Below are positions 36,910 to 47,472 of a stretch of DNA of 64,000 bases, one piece after another. Position 1 is the first letter of the stretch. The number at the start of each line of letters is the position of its first letter. The stretch spans positions 3,636-67,635 of the forward strand of contig JAGVJK010000007.1 of the NCBI GenBank assembly GCA_020051155.1, in the 5' to 3' direction. A program made the translations under genes and the position numbers. The stretch comes from Gammaproteobacteria bacterium (GTDB lineage: Bacteria; Pseudomonadota; Gammaproteobacteria; UBA1113). Below the pieces are notes generated by a model that saw nothing but the letters and a program-made list of their open reading frames with translations, had not been told where the DNA came from and did not search any database.

Positions 36910-38328
36910 TTATATTTCTTCTGGAAAATCGAAATCAGTTTCTAGTAAATTGACACCGCAGAGATCGAGGAGTTTCATTAGGTTTTCGCCTTCGGCAGTT
37001 TTATTGTGTTGCCAGTAGGCGTGGATGTAGCTTTTTAAGACGTAAGTGTATTCTGGGGTGGTGAGGACCGGGAGAATTTTTTCGGCGCGTTTGATATCTT
37101 TTTTGTTATTGTAGCGGCAGCGTTGAAATAAAATTGCAGCTAAGATTGCAGCCTTTGTGGTTTTGCGAGTAGGGCTGGCTTGGTAAAAACTTTGGATGCA
37201 TTCATTCAAGGCGATGTCCTTGTTCCATTCGCGCCAGTGGTGGAAGATATCCATGGCGAGTTTTTGTAGAGCTGCGGGTTTTTCTTGGGGATTGGCTTGC
37301 CGTAATAAAAGAAACATCATGGTTGGAAATGCGGCTTCTACATTAGCCCATGAGCAATTGCCGGTTAATTGAGATTCGATGGGAAGTTTGTGTAACAATT
37401 CCAAGCCTAAGGTTTCTATAATGCCCTCGTTAATGAATTGGCGGGATTGTTTTTTGTAAATTAATTGTTTGATGAAATTTCTGTTAAAGAGATGAGGCTT
37501 GCGCATGTAATAAATGTTGGTGCTGCCGGCGCGCTTGCTGTGTTCACCGCGATCGCAGTGTGCTAAGTAGCGCCCCATTCTTACGAAGGTGATGGCATGG
37601 CCTTCGTAGCCGACGGGGAGTACCAATAGCGGTGCTTCTAATAATTGATTAATGGTGGTGTCGTGTTGGCCGTAGTCTGTTAAGTAGTGTTTGTATTTTG
37701 ATAATTCGGAGGCAATTTGCATGGCGGCAGCGGCTTGTTTTATCAAAGGCAAATAGTCTCGGTAAGTTCGAGCAGCGTAATGATTGCGGTAGTGTTCAAG
37801 TGCGTTCAGTAATAACCCGACGGTGGTTTCAATAAAAAATCCTTCGAATTCAACTTCTAAAAAACGTTTTTCTGGGGCGCAGAAAATATCGGCGACGCCT
37901 CTTAATTCATAGAGATGTCCGAGAATTTTTGTATTGATGTAGTCATGGGCAAAATTAAAATCAGCACCACGAGCATAGAGTAATTGTTTGACGCGCTCAT
38001 GTTTATAAAGAAGAGCAAAGGTCAGGACCGGTTGCGAGCCGATGGTATAGGCATTCGGATTCGCGCCGTGCTCTAAAAGCAATTTGCATAAATCATAATT
38101 GTTGTTGTCTGCGGCCCAATGTAGGGCTGTGCGGTTGACTAAATCGGGTAAGTTAACATCGGCGCCGGCTTGTAGGAGCAACTCAGTGAGCTCTGGTTTA
38201 TTTTCAATAGCGGTTTGTATTAATGGCGTAAAACCGTATTCATCAATGGCATTGATTTCACCGCCAGCGTCGATGGCATGCCGCGCTGAATCTAAGGTAC
38301 CGTAAATGATTTCTTCACTGATGTTCAT
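36910..38328 (-). CDS. ankyrin-repeat protein with large non-ANK C-terminal domain (candidate effector)
   Basis: ORF track, 472 aa. 3-4 clean ANK repeats (GFTPLIQTAIENKPELTELLLQAGADVN; RTALHWAADNNNYDLCKLLLEHGANPN), followed by about 330 aa with no motif I can name. Confidence 0.8.
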   Translation of the reverse strand: MNISEEIIYGTLDSARHAIDAGGEINAIDEYGFTPLIQTAIENKPELTELLLQAGADVNLPDLVNRTALHWAADNNNYDLCKLLLEHGANPNAYTIGSQPVLTFALLYKHERVKQLLYARGADFNFAHDYINTKILGHLYELRGVADIFCAPEKRFLEVEFEGFFIETTVGLLLNALEHYRNHYAARTYRDYLPLIKQAAAAMQIASELSKYKHYLTDYGQHDTTINQLLEAPLLVLPVGYEGHAITFVRMGRYLAHCDRGEHSKRAGSTNIYYMRKPHLFNRNFIKQLIYKKQSRQFINEGIIETLGLELLHKLPIESQLTGNCSWANVEAAFPTMMFLLLRQANPQEKPAALQKLAMDIFHHWREWNKDIALNECIQSFYQASPTRKTTKAAILAAILFQRCRYNNKKDIKRAEKILPVLTTPEYTYVLKSYIHAYWQHNKTAEGENLMKLLDLCGVNLLETDFDFPEEI

Positions 38329-38410
38329 GGGAGGAATTATAGCAGTTTTAAGTTATTTTAAGCGATGAAAGAGCCAGTTCTCAAAGGAGAACTGGCTTTT
38401 AAGTAAGGGC

Positions 38411-38731
38411 TTAGCGCAAAGGAGAAGGAGTTGGAACTGAACTTGGTTTGAGTTCTTTTGTATGCGACGGTGCTGGACGCATGCCTGGTGCTGGTGTATT
38501 CGCAGCGACTTTACGAGCATCTTCATTTTTAGCCAAATTAGGGGTGTCTTTCGAGGTTCGACCATCAGTAGATTGGCTGTTTAGCGTTGGTTGTTGTTTT
38601 AACCACGAGGCGCTGCTGGTATTGCTGGTGCTGCTATGTTCTTTTGCTTCGACGGTTACGGGAGTTGGAAGTCCAGTACTTTTAGTGACTTCGTCACGTA
38701 GTTCTTTAGTTTGACGGGTATCTGCAGTCAT
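38411..38731 (-). CDS. hypothetical low-complexity (S/T/P/K-rich, likely disordered) protein
   Basis: ORF track, 106 aa. No signal peptide. Both strands are open here (overlapping plus ORF 38448..38714), so coding status is uncertain. Confidence 0.35.
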   Translation of the reverse strand: MTADTRQTKELRDEVTKSTGLPTPVTVEAKEHSSTSNTSSASWLKQQPTLNSQSTDGRTSKDTPNLAKNEDARKVAANTPAPGMRPAPSHTKELKPSSVPTPSPLR

Positions 38732-38928
38732 TGTCGTATCTCCAATAAGTTCAATAGTTGCCTACTATAATGCTCAGTCCAAAAATTACAAGGGATTATC
38801 CTTGATTTACTGCATTTTTTTTAACTTGATCTCATTTTAACACTGAAATCTTAAGTAGACATTAAGGTTTTAGTGTTATTTCGACAGAAATTGCCTATTA
38901 TTTGAACTAATTGTAAGCAAAAAGGTCT

Positions 38929-39231
38929 TTAGTCCCAACAGTAAGGATCATTGGCATGCAGACCATAGCAAACCTCTAAAGCGGGCAATCGTATAGATGC
39001 TTGATTTACATAGAGACAATGTTCTACGGCATCGTTGTAAGTGGCTAAGCCAATACTGGCGCCATAGGCATGCTTGAGAAATTCTAAGTTGGGGACAGCA
39101 GGAGGATTTGAGCAATAAGCCGCTAATTCTTCCCAAACCATGCCAGTATGAGGAACGGGTGGTGCAGCGAAGGTTGTTGCTGTCGCTAATGCGCAGGTTA
39201 TGGTCAATCCTGCCAATAGACGTTTGCTCAT
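38929..39231 (-). CDS. hypothetical small secreted protein
   Basis: ORF track, 100 aa. Signal peptide MSKRLLAGLTITCALATATTFA. 5 Cys in the mature part. Confidence 0.55.
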   Translation of the reverse strand: MSKRLLAGLTITCALATATTFAAPPVPHTGMVWEELAAYCSNPPAVPNLEFLKHAYGASIGLATYNDAVEHCLYVNQASIRLPALEVCYGLHANDPYCWD

Positions 39232-39519
39232 AATGCTAAGCCCCCCGGTGTTAATCCATTAACGTGTTCATAATTCCATCTATACTAGGAAATTACTTCG
39301 CAAAACATGTTTGAGTATAGACAAGCATTTTGAATTTACGAACTCTGTGTTCAGCGAAATCTTCCTACCAGCATGTCTTCTGATAAAAATCTCGCAAATC
39401 GGCAGCCTGTTTTAAAATCAACGGTGAAAATTGAGAAAGTTGTTTTTGATACAGTGATGGGTTTTTACTATAGACACTGAGCATATAAATGGCATAGGTA
39501 TTTTTTTTATCATTTAATG

Positions 39520-41124
39520 TCAAAATATTTTTGAAAGAGAAAGAAGTTGTAAATCTCCCATTTTCAATGCATCTAAATATCCTTGCTCTGCTGCTAGATG
39601 AAAATAATTTTTTGCAGACTCTTCATCGGCACCAACACCATGGCCTTGAGCGTAGAGCATGCCTAATTCATTATTAGCGCAAATCATTTTTTGCTGTGCA
39701 GCCTGTGTTAACCAGTTTATAGCTTCACGATAATCGCGCGGAACACCGCGCGCAAAGGCATACGCTAATCCAATTTTGTATTGTGCAACAGCATTATTTT
39801 GTTGCGCTGCTGCTAAATAAAGTGCAGCGGCTTTCTTTTTATCTTGCGCAATGCCAACACCGCTTTCATAGGCATTCGCAAGTTCAGTCATAGCCTGTGG
39901 ATCTTGTTTTTTTGCTGCGACTTTAAACCACTTCACAGCCAGGCCCATATCTTTAGCTAAGACAGGATTGCCGCGCCTATATTCTAAACCGAGATAATAA
40001 GCAGCGGGTGCAAAGGATTGTTCTGCGGCTTGTGTTAGATAATGAACGTAGTGCGACCAATTGGGTTGTTGCTCGGGATTATCATGGTAAAGCACGGCCA
40101 GTAAAAATTCTCCCTCTGCATCTTTTTGCTTTGCTGAAGTTTGTGCATAGTAAAATGCTTGTTGATAATTGCTGGGAATTCTTTTTCCAGTGGCATAAAG
40201 CACACTTAATTGATTTTGCGCCGGCGCAAAATTTTGATCAGCAGCTTTTTTCAAAAGGTTAAGACCCGCTTGGGGATCGCTTTGTGTTCTTAAATAATAA
40301 CGAGCAGTGATGGTTAAGATCCTAGGATCTTTAGAACGGCTTGCTTGATTAAAATAATAGAGCGCGCGGTTGTTATCTTTTGTAATGCCCATGCCTTCCG
40401 CATACAAAGCGCCTACTACTAAGGCTGCGCGACTATCACCAGCATCCGCCGCAGGTTTTAATAAGAAAAATGCTTCATGATAATTACCTTGTTTTAAATA
40501 CAACTCTGCCAGCGCATCGACAGGTAACGCACGATAATAAGAACTCATGGCAATGGTGCCCCAGAGTAAAGGCGCTAATACCACAGCAAGCCAATTCCAA
40601 CCACCAAAATGATCATCGGTTTTGTAACGCAAAACACGTTGTTGATTTAAATGATTCACTGCTTGTTGTAAGGTACTCATGATGAACGCCAATAAGCAGG
40701 TAGTTAATAAACTCGTGGTTAAATACGTAAACCAAGGCAAGGGGTAGCGAACCGTGATACCCGGAAAAAGACCAGGTAGCATCAATAATTGCGCCGCTAG
40801 CAGCATCACATACAACGTGTTGGGGCGCCACCATGGTTTTAATTCAGCAGCGCGACATTGTCGATGAATGTCACGAACCAAGGGTAAAAAGAAAATGATA
40901 CTCAAGATTCCCATGAGCAAAGTGAGTATCCACTGAATGAGATTGTGTTGTTGAGGATATTTGTGTTGAACATAACGATGATAATTAGTTAAAAACCAGC
41001 GCAGACTATACCAGCCTGCCGTGAGAAAGCTCAGCCATAGAATTTTTTTAGTGGATGTAGCGAAATATTCAACGGAATTATTCGTAAATTGAGTTGGAGT
41101 ATCCGTCGTAATCGGAGCGTTCAT
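39520..41124 (-). CDS. polytopic membrane-anchored Sel1-repeat (SLR/TPR-like) protein
   Basis: ORF track, 534 aa. N-terminal ~190 aa contain about 5 hydrophobic helices. The rest is about 8 Sel1-type repeats (A...LG.LY..G.G...D...A..WF..AA.QG...A). Confidence 0.8.
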   Translation of the reverse strand: MNAPITTDTPTQFTNNSVEYFATSTKKILWLSFLTAGWYSLRWFLTNYHRYVQHKYPQQHNLIQWILTLLMGILSIIFFLPLVRDIHRQCRAAELKPWWRPNTLYVMLLAAQLLMLPGLFPGITVRYPLPWFTYLTTSLLTTCLLAFIMSTLQQAVNHLNQQRVLRYKTDDHFGGWNWLAVVLAPLLWGTIAMSSYYRALPVDALAELYLKQGNYHEAFFLLKPAADAGDSRAALVVGALYAEGMGITKDNNRALYYFNQASRSKDPRILTITARYYLRTQSDPQAGLNLLKKAADQNFAPAQNQLSVLYATGKRIPSNYQQAFYYAQTSAKQKDAEGEFLLAVLYHDNPEQQPNWSHYVHYLTQAAEQSFAPAAYYLGLEYRRGNPVLAKDMGLAVKWFKVAAKKQDPQAMTELANAYESGVGIAQDKKKAAALYLAAAQQNNAVAQYKIGLAYAFARGVPRDYREAINWLTQAAQQKMICANNELGMLYAQGHGVGADEESAKNYFHLAAEQGYLDALKMGDLQLLSLSKIF

Positions 41125-41198
41125 AGTGATTGCCTAATCATGAATCTTTATGGAATGATTGTATTTTGTCCATTGCTGTAAGTCAATGGACAGTGCTC

Positions 41199-42175
<977 letters not shown>

Positions 42176-42291
42176 GATAACAGATCTCCGCATTTCGAAG
42201 TCTGAAGGATAGCAGTTTTTTATCGTAATTTGTAAGATTTTTTTAAGAAACTGCCTTATACTATTTTTCTTAATCAGAAGGGAATTTATCC

Positions 42292-43524
42292 ATGCTAAAA
42301 CAGCTTCATCAAGGTGGTCATTTTTGTTGGTATTTGACAAAGCGTTTTTTTCAAGATGATTGTTTGTATCGGGCATCGGCGTTGACCTTTACGGCACTAC
42401 TTGCTTTGGTACCATTGATGACGGTGGGGCTTTCTGTGTTTATGGCTTTTCCCCACTTTGGTGAATGGGGGCAAAGGGTGCAGAATTTTATTTTCCAAAA
42501 TTTTGTACCGGCATCGGGACAAGCATTGCAGTCTTATCTACAAGGTTTTGTGGCACAAGCCCATAACTTGTCATTAATTGGCAGCTTGTTTTTAGTGGTG
42601 ACGGCAGTGTTGATGTTGTTTACCATTGAACAAACGCTTAATCATATTTGGCGAGTGGAAAAACCGCGACGAGAGTTGACGGCTTTTTTATTGTATTGGG
42701 CGTTGTTAACGCTGGCGCCGATTTTATTAGGTGGTAGTATCGCTTTGAGTGCTGCTTTCCTGTCGATACCCTGGGTTGTCGATGCGGTGAATCTTTTGCA
42801 TGGCGGGCGTTTTCTCTTGCCAGTGATTCCTTTTTTGTTAGCCATGCTGGCTTTTACCATTTTGTATTCAGCGATTCCTAATTGCCATGTGCCATTACGT
42901 TATTCAGTCGTGGGTGCTGCGGTAACATCGTTATTATTTAATCTTAGTAAGTATGGGTTTACTGCCTATATTACGCATTTTCCAAGTTATACCTTGTTGT
43001 ATGGAACCTTTGCGGTGATTCCTTTGTTTCTAATTTGGTTATATTTGATTTGGGTGATCGTTTTATTTGGCGCGGAGTTGACTCATGCGCTGATGTTTCG
43101 TCAGTGGCGAATTCCTGCTGTCACCTTAGATGGATTTACCCATGCTTGTGTTTGGTTAGGTTATTTTTGGCAAGCGCAACAGGAGGGGCGGGCGCTGAGT
43201 ATGGATTTCTTAGTGAAGCAGCAAGCCTTAGGTTATGAAGTGCCACCGGAGAAATTAATTCGGATCTTGCTGGAGCAACATGTGTTAGAGAAAACGGCGA
43301 CGGGGTTGTATTCTTTAAACCGAGATTTTAATGTGCTGACCTTTGAAGAGTTACGTCATTTATTGCCGTGGAAATTACCTGCGGAGGTTCCTTTGGCATC
43401 TTTGCCGACGTGGTGTGAGGGATTGAAGAAGACGATTGAGCGGGTGCAGCGATGTGTTCAGGAAGAAGGGGGGATGCCGTTAAGTGAGGTGTATTCTGCT
43501 TCGCTGTTGAAGCTAACTGATTAG
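42292..43524 (+). CDS. YihY/BrkB-family membrane protein with C-terminal extension
   Basis: ORF track, 410 aa. RASALTFTALLALVPL signature, 6 TM helices, then about 120 aa of soluble C-terminal domain. Confidence 0.8.
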   Translation: MLKQLHQGGHFCWYLTKRFFQDDCLYRASALTFTALLALVPLMTVGLSVFMAFPHFGEWGQRVQNFIFQNFVPASGQALQSYLQGFVAQAHNLSLIGSLFLVVTAVLMLFTIEQTLNHIWRVEKPRRELTAFLLYWALLTLAPILLGGSIALSAAFLSIPWVVDAVNLLHGGRFLLPVIPFLLAMLAFTILYSAIPNCHVPLRYSVVGAAVTSLLFNLSKYGFTAYITHFPSYTLLYGTFAVIPLFLIWLYLIWVIVLFGAELTHALMFRQWRIPAVTLDGFTHACVWLGYFWQAQQEGRALSMDFLVKQQALGYEVPPEKLIRILLEQHVLEKTATGLYSLNRDFNVLTFEELRHLLPWKLPAEVPLASLPTWCEGLKKTIERVQRCVQEEGGMPLSEVYSASLLKLTD

Positions 43525-43564
43525 AACACTTCTTATAAATTTTGATAAGAATGTTAAAACAGTG

Positions 43565-43599
43565 GATCTCAATGAATGTGCCAGACACCTTCATTGAGA
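43565..43599. repeat. solo hairpin made only of the family-1 MITE termini
   Basis: atctcaatgaa (43565-75) + loop tgtgccagacacc + ttcattgagat (43589-99). This equals the left 12 nt plus the right 25 nt of the 310-bp element. Sits between the convergent yihY and proS stops. Confidence 0.7.
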
Positions 43600-43620
43600 T
43601 TCGTTGTTGGGAATTAGAAG

Positions 43621-45309
43621 CTATGATTTTTGACAATGAGCTAGCACTTCTACTTTCGGCAACAGAACCGCTTCATTCTCCGTGCGACGCTTATATTCCA
43701 CCAACCCTTTTTCTAAATTACGTTCACCCACTACAATACGGTGAGGGATGCCGATTAAATCTATGTCAGCAAATTTAACGCCGGGGCGTTCATCTCGATC
43801 ATCAAGTAAAACTTCAACACCTTGCGCCAAGAATTGCTGATAAAGTTCTTCCGCACTTTCCATTGCGCCTTTGCCAATAGGAATGATCGCCACTTGGAAG
43901 GGAGTCATTGCTTCTGGCCACAGGATACCACGCTCGTCGTGATTTTGTTCGATGGCTGCGCCTAAAATACGGGAGACACCGATACCGTAACATCCCATAT
44001 ACATTTCTACGGCTTTACCTTGTTCATCTAACACAGAAGCTTTCATCGCTTGACTGTATTTACGACCTAATTGGAAAATGTGACCCACTTCAATGCCGCG
44101 AGCAAATGCTAAGGTTCCTTTACCATCGGGGCTAGCATCGCCTTCTACAACATTACGCATGTCAAATACTTCAGGCTCTTTACAATCACGGCCCCAATTG
44201 ACGTTAATAAAATGATGATCATCTTGATTTGCACCGCAGATAAAATCAGTTAAGTGTGCTGCCTCAGGATCAGCAAGCACCGGCATGTCAATATTCACAG
44301 GCCCCAGTGAACCGGGTTTAGCCCTACAAGCATCTACAATTTCCGCATCCGTGGCAAAGGTTAATGGTGAAAACACCAAAGGATGTTTCTCTGCTTTTAA
44401 TTCATTGAGCTCATGGTCGCCACGCAAGATAAGAGCAACTAAGGGTTGCTCAGCGCCTTTCACAATTAAAGTTTTCACCGATTGTTGGGGTGATGTTTTT
44501 AAATAATCACTCACCATGGCGATGGTCGTTTGACCTGGTGTCTTTACTAACTCCATGGCTGGACCCGCTGCAGGTCGTGCTCCTTGCGGTGGCAAAGCGT
44601 AAGCTAATTCCATATTAGCAACATAATCACTATCAGTACTGTAAACGATGACATCTTCACCGGTTTCAGCTAACACTTGAAACTCATGAGAATAACTACC
44701 ACCAATACTTCCCGTATCTGCTAACACCGGTTTAAAATGCAAACCTAATCGAGTAAAAATGCGCGAGTAAGTATCATACATTACATGATAGGTTTCTTTT
44801 AAAGACGCATCGGTGAGATGAAACGAATAAGCATCCTTCATGATAAATTCGCGAGCACGCATGACACCAAAGCGCGGTCTAATTTCATCACGAAATTTTG
44901 TTTGAATTTGAAAAAGATTAATCGGTAATTGTTTGTAGCTGCGTAACTCTTTACGCATTAAGTCAGTAATCACTTCTTCGTGAGTCGGGCCATAACAAAA
45001 ATCTCGTTGCTGGCGATCTTTGATCTTTAATAATAGGGGACCATATTCTTCCCAGCGGTGGGATTCTTCCCAAAGTTCAGCAGGCTGAATCGAAGGCATT
45101 AAAATTTCTAAGGCACCGCTACGGGTCATTTCTTCCCGCACAACATTGGTAACCTTTTGCAAAACACGCAACCCTAGGGGAAGCCAGCTGTAAAGTCCAG
45201 AACCTAAGCGGCGAATCATGCCGGCACGTAACATCAACTGATGGCTAACGATTTCAGCATCAGCAGGCGTTTCTTTTAAGGTGGCAAGTAAGTATTGGCT
45301 TGTTTTCAT
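43621..45309 (-). CDS. proS: proline--tRNA ligase
   Basis: ORF track 43621..45435. ATG at 45309 gives [35 protein letters not shown], collinear with E. coli ProRS. Confidence 0.95.
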   Translation of the reverse strand: MKTSQYLLATLKETPADAEIVSHQLMLRAGMIRRLGSGLYSWLPLGLRVLQKVTNVVREEMTRSGALEILMPSIQPAELWEESHRWEEYGPLLLKIKDRQQRDFCYGPTHEEVITDLMRKELRSYKQLPINLFQIQTKFRDEIRPRFGVMRAREFIMKDAYSFHLTDASLKETYHVMYDTYSRIFTRLGLHFKPVLADTGSIGGSYSHEFQVLAETGEDVIVYSTDSDYVANMELAYALPPQGARPAAGPAMELVKTPGQTTIAMVSDYLKTSPQQSVKTLIVKGAEQPLVALILRGDHELNELKAEKHPLVFSPLTFATDAEIVDACRAKPGSLGPVNIDMPVLADPEAAHLTDFICGANQDDHHFINVNWGRDCKEPEVFDMRNVVEGDASPDGKGTLAFARGIEVGHIFQLGRKYSQAMKASVLDEQGKAVEMYMGCYGIGVSRILGAAIEQNHDERGILWPEAMTPFQVAIIPIGKGAMESAEELYQQFLAQGVEVLLDDRDERPGVKFADIDLIGIPHRIVVGERNLEKGLVEYKRRTENEAVLLPKVEVLAHCQKS

Positions 45310-45478
45310 TGAAGTCCCCAGCGTAAATAGCAGCGATTGTAGCACAGGCCCTGGAATTGTATATACCGCTCGCCCGTAGAGTACTCCAAGATACTTCGCA
45401 TCTTGAGGTGAAATGGGTATAATTGCCCCTACCATTTTTTACAGAGCCCAAATTCAACGCCTTAGGAGGTTTATCATT

Positions 45479-45799
45479 ATGCCAATTTATGAATATACTT
45501 GCGCACTGTGTAACCAAGATACCGAGGTATTGCAGAAATATAGCGATGCGCCGGCGACCTTGTGTCCCCATTGTAAAAAGGAAGGTCTTACTAGAAAAAT
45601 TTCTGCGCCCCCCTTTCATTTAAAGGGCACAGGCTGGTATGTGACGGATTTTCGTGATAAAGATAAACCTAAAAAAGCTGAAGCAAAACCAGCAGAAACC
45701 ACAGGGAAGAAAGACGCAGCAGAAAAAGCCACCGAGACAAAGGCGGCAGAGGCACCGACACCGGCGCCTGCTACCACGACGACTAAAAAAGAGGATTAG
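45479..45799 (+). CDS. FmdB-family zinc-ribbon protein with Lys/Ala/Thr-rich tail
   Basis: ORF track 45413..45799. ATG at 45479 gives MPIYEYTCALCNQDTEVLQKYSDAPATLCPHCKKEG (CxxC...CxxC). Confidence 0.8.
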   Translation: MPIYEYTCALCNQDTEVLQKYSDAPATLCPHCKKEGLTRKISAPPFHLKGTGWYVTDFRDKDKPKKAEAKPAETTGKKDAAEKATETKAAEAPTPAPATTTTKKED

Positions 45800-45808
45800 A
45801 GCATTATT

Positions 45809-46450
45809 ATGCATAAACTAAGAAGTTATCTTATGGCGGGTTTACTCGTCTGGTTGCCGATCATTGTAACCTTGTTAATTATTCGATTTATCATTGGATT
45901 GTTAGATGGTGTCTTTGGTTTGCTGCCCGCTAAGTATCAGCCAGATTATCTATTTGGTGTGCATATTCCAGGGTTAGGGATTATTTTATCAGTGATTATT
46001 CTGTTAATTACTGGCCTTACGGTTACTAACTTTCTGGGTAAACAACTCGTGGGATACTGGGATGCACTGATGGCGCGGATTCCCTTGGTGCGCTCCATTC
46101 ATTCAGGCGTGAAACAAATTTTACATACCATGTTTACCCCTGATGGCCCGGCATTTCGTAAGGTTTTATTAGTCGAATATCCGCGACGAGAGATGTGGAG
46201 TATCGCTTTTCAAACAGGCAAAGTGAGCCCTAAGGTTAAAAAAGTATTGGAAGAAGATATGGTTACTATTTTTATTCCTACTACGCCTAATCCTACCTCA
46301 GGATTTCTCATGATTGTACCACGAGCGGATACCCGCGAAGTGGATTTAACGGTGGACGAAGCGTTAAAATTGGTGATTTCCTTAGGCGTGGTGCAGTCAG
46401 CATCAGAGCTGGCGGCATCAAAGATTGGTTCTGTCAATTCCAACACTTAA
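45809..46450 (+). CDS. DUF502-family membrane protein
   Basis: ORF track, 213 aa. Two N-terminal TM helices. Conserved IPTTPNPTSGF motif. Confidence 0.75.
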   Translation: MHKLRSYLMAGLLVWLPIIVTLLIIRFIIGLLDGVFGLLPAKYQPDYLFGVHIPGLGIILSVIILLITGLTVTNFLGKQLVGYWDALMARIPLVRSIHSGVKQILHTMFTPDGPAFRKVLLVEYPRREMWSIAFQTGKVSPKVKKVLEEDMVTIFIPTTPNPTSGFLMIVPRADTREVDLTVDEALKLVISLGVVQSASELAASKIGSVNSNT

Positions 46451-47233
46451 GTTCTCACAATCATATAAAAAATTGTCGCCGGCGAGATAATGGTATTCCT
46501 TAACTCGACTGGCGCGAATCGCATCCGTTTGATCTTCAGAAGCAAAACCAGGATGGCACATGATCAAGCCATCTCTTTTAATCGTACCGCAAAATTTTTG
46601 AAATAAATCTCCGTAATAGAGCGTGGGATCAAAATCATAAATGCCAGCAAATTCTGAATTATGAGGAATGTTCGCTTGTTGTAATTGTTGGTGTAAGATT
46701 TTAGCGCCGGTATGATTGATCACCCAACGCTTTTTAGCGTAGGGGCCTTGTTGTGTCAGAGTTTGTCGGATATAAGGGCGTTGCTCAGTGAAGGTTTTTT
46801 GGTACACATTTAAAAGGGCATCGCGAATAATAGGGAATTGATGGACATGTTGATGACCATCAATAAAATCCGGTAAGCGGCCCATGATTTTTTGGAATTG
46901 TTCTAATTGCGCAATTAACTCTTGTTCTACTTCGGCGAGGGTTATGTGATGCACATAACAACGTAGCAATAAAGCAGGTAAAGAAAAAAATGAGCCCTGT
47001 TGAGATAAACTAGGCGCAGCGGTTAATGGTTTGCCAAAGGTTAAATTGAAATGTAAGCCAACGGCGACATCTGCAGCCATCTCACGTAACGCTGGGCCAT
47101 GGCTATGCCAGCCGGGGAGATTAGTCATGCAACTCACAGCCGATAAACGTTTTTTAGAGACAAGATCTAAAATTCCTAGGCTAATATCCTCATTTTGCCC
47201 AAAATCATCAGCACATAGAATGATTGACTTCAT
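46418..47233 (-). CDS. YdjC-family carbohydrate deacetylase (NaxD/ChbG-like)
   Basis: ORF track, 271 aa. N-terminal MKSIILCADDFGQNEDISLGILDL (YdjC DDFG metal-site motif). HQH..P segment (DGHQHVHQFP). Confidence 0.75.
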   Translation of the reverse strand: MKSIILCADDFGQNEDISLGILDLVSKKRLSAVSCMTNLPGWHSHGPALREMAADVAVGLHFNLTFGKPLTAAPSLSQQGSFFSLPALLLRCYVHHITLAEVEQELIAQLEQFQKIMGRLPDFIDGHQHVHQFPIIRDALLNVYQKTFTEQRPYIRQTLTQQGPYAKKRWVINHTGAKILHQQLQQANIPHNSEFAGIYDFDPTLYYGDLFQKFCGTIKRDGLIMCHPGFASEDQTDAIRASRVKEYHYLAGDNFLYDCENLSVGIDRTNL

Positions 47234-47321
47234 TTTAGCGATTCCCCTATACTTTGCTCAAGTTTTTTCTCTACAAGAGACAAACATGATTGGATATGGT
47301 ATTTCCTAAGCAAGCACATAA

Positions 47322-47472
47322 AGCGTGCCTTCTCCCCTTGAGGGAGAAGGTGGCCGAAGGCCGGATGAGGGGTATTCAAATTCAGGTAAAATACTTTATC
47401 GAAGTTAACTGATTTAGATCACCCCTCATCCGCCCTTCGGGCATCTTCTCCCTCAAGGGGAGAAGGCACGCT
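47322..47472. repeat. 151-bp palindromic repeat, family 2, copy 1
   Basis: Terminal ~50-bp IRs agcgtgccttctccccttgagggagaaggtggccgaaggccggatgaggggt / acccctcatccgcccttcgggcatcttctccctcaaggggagaaggcacgct, each with internal mini-hairpins. Confidence 0.85.
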
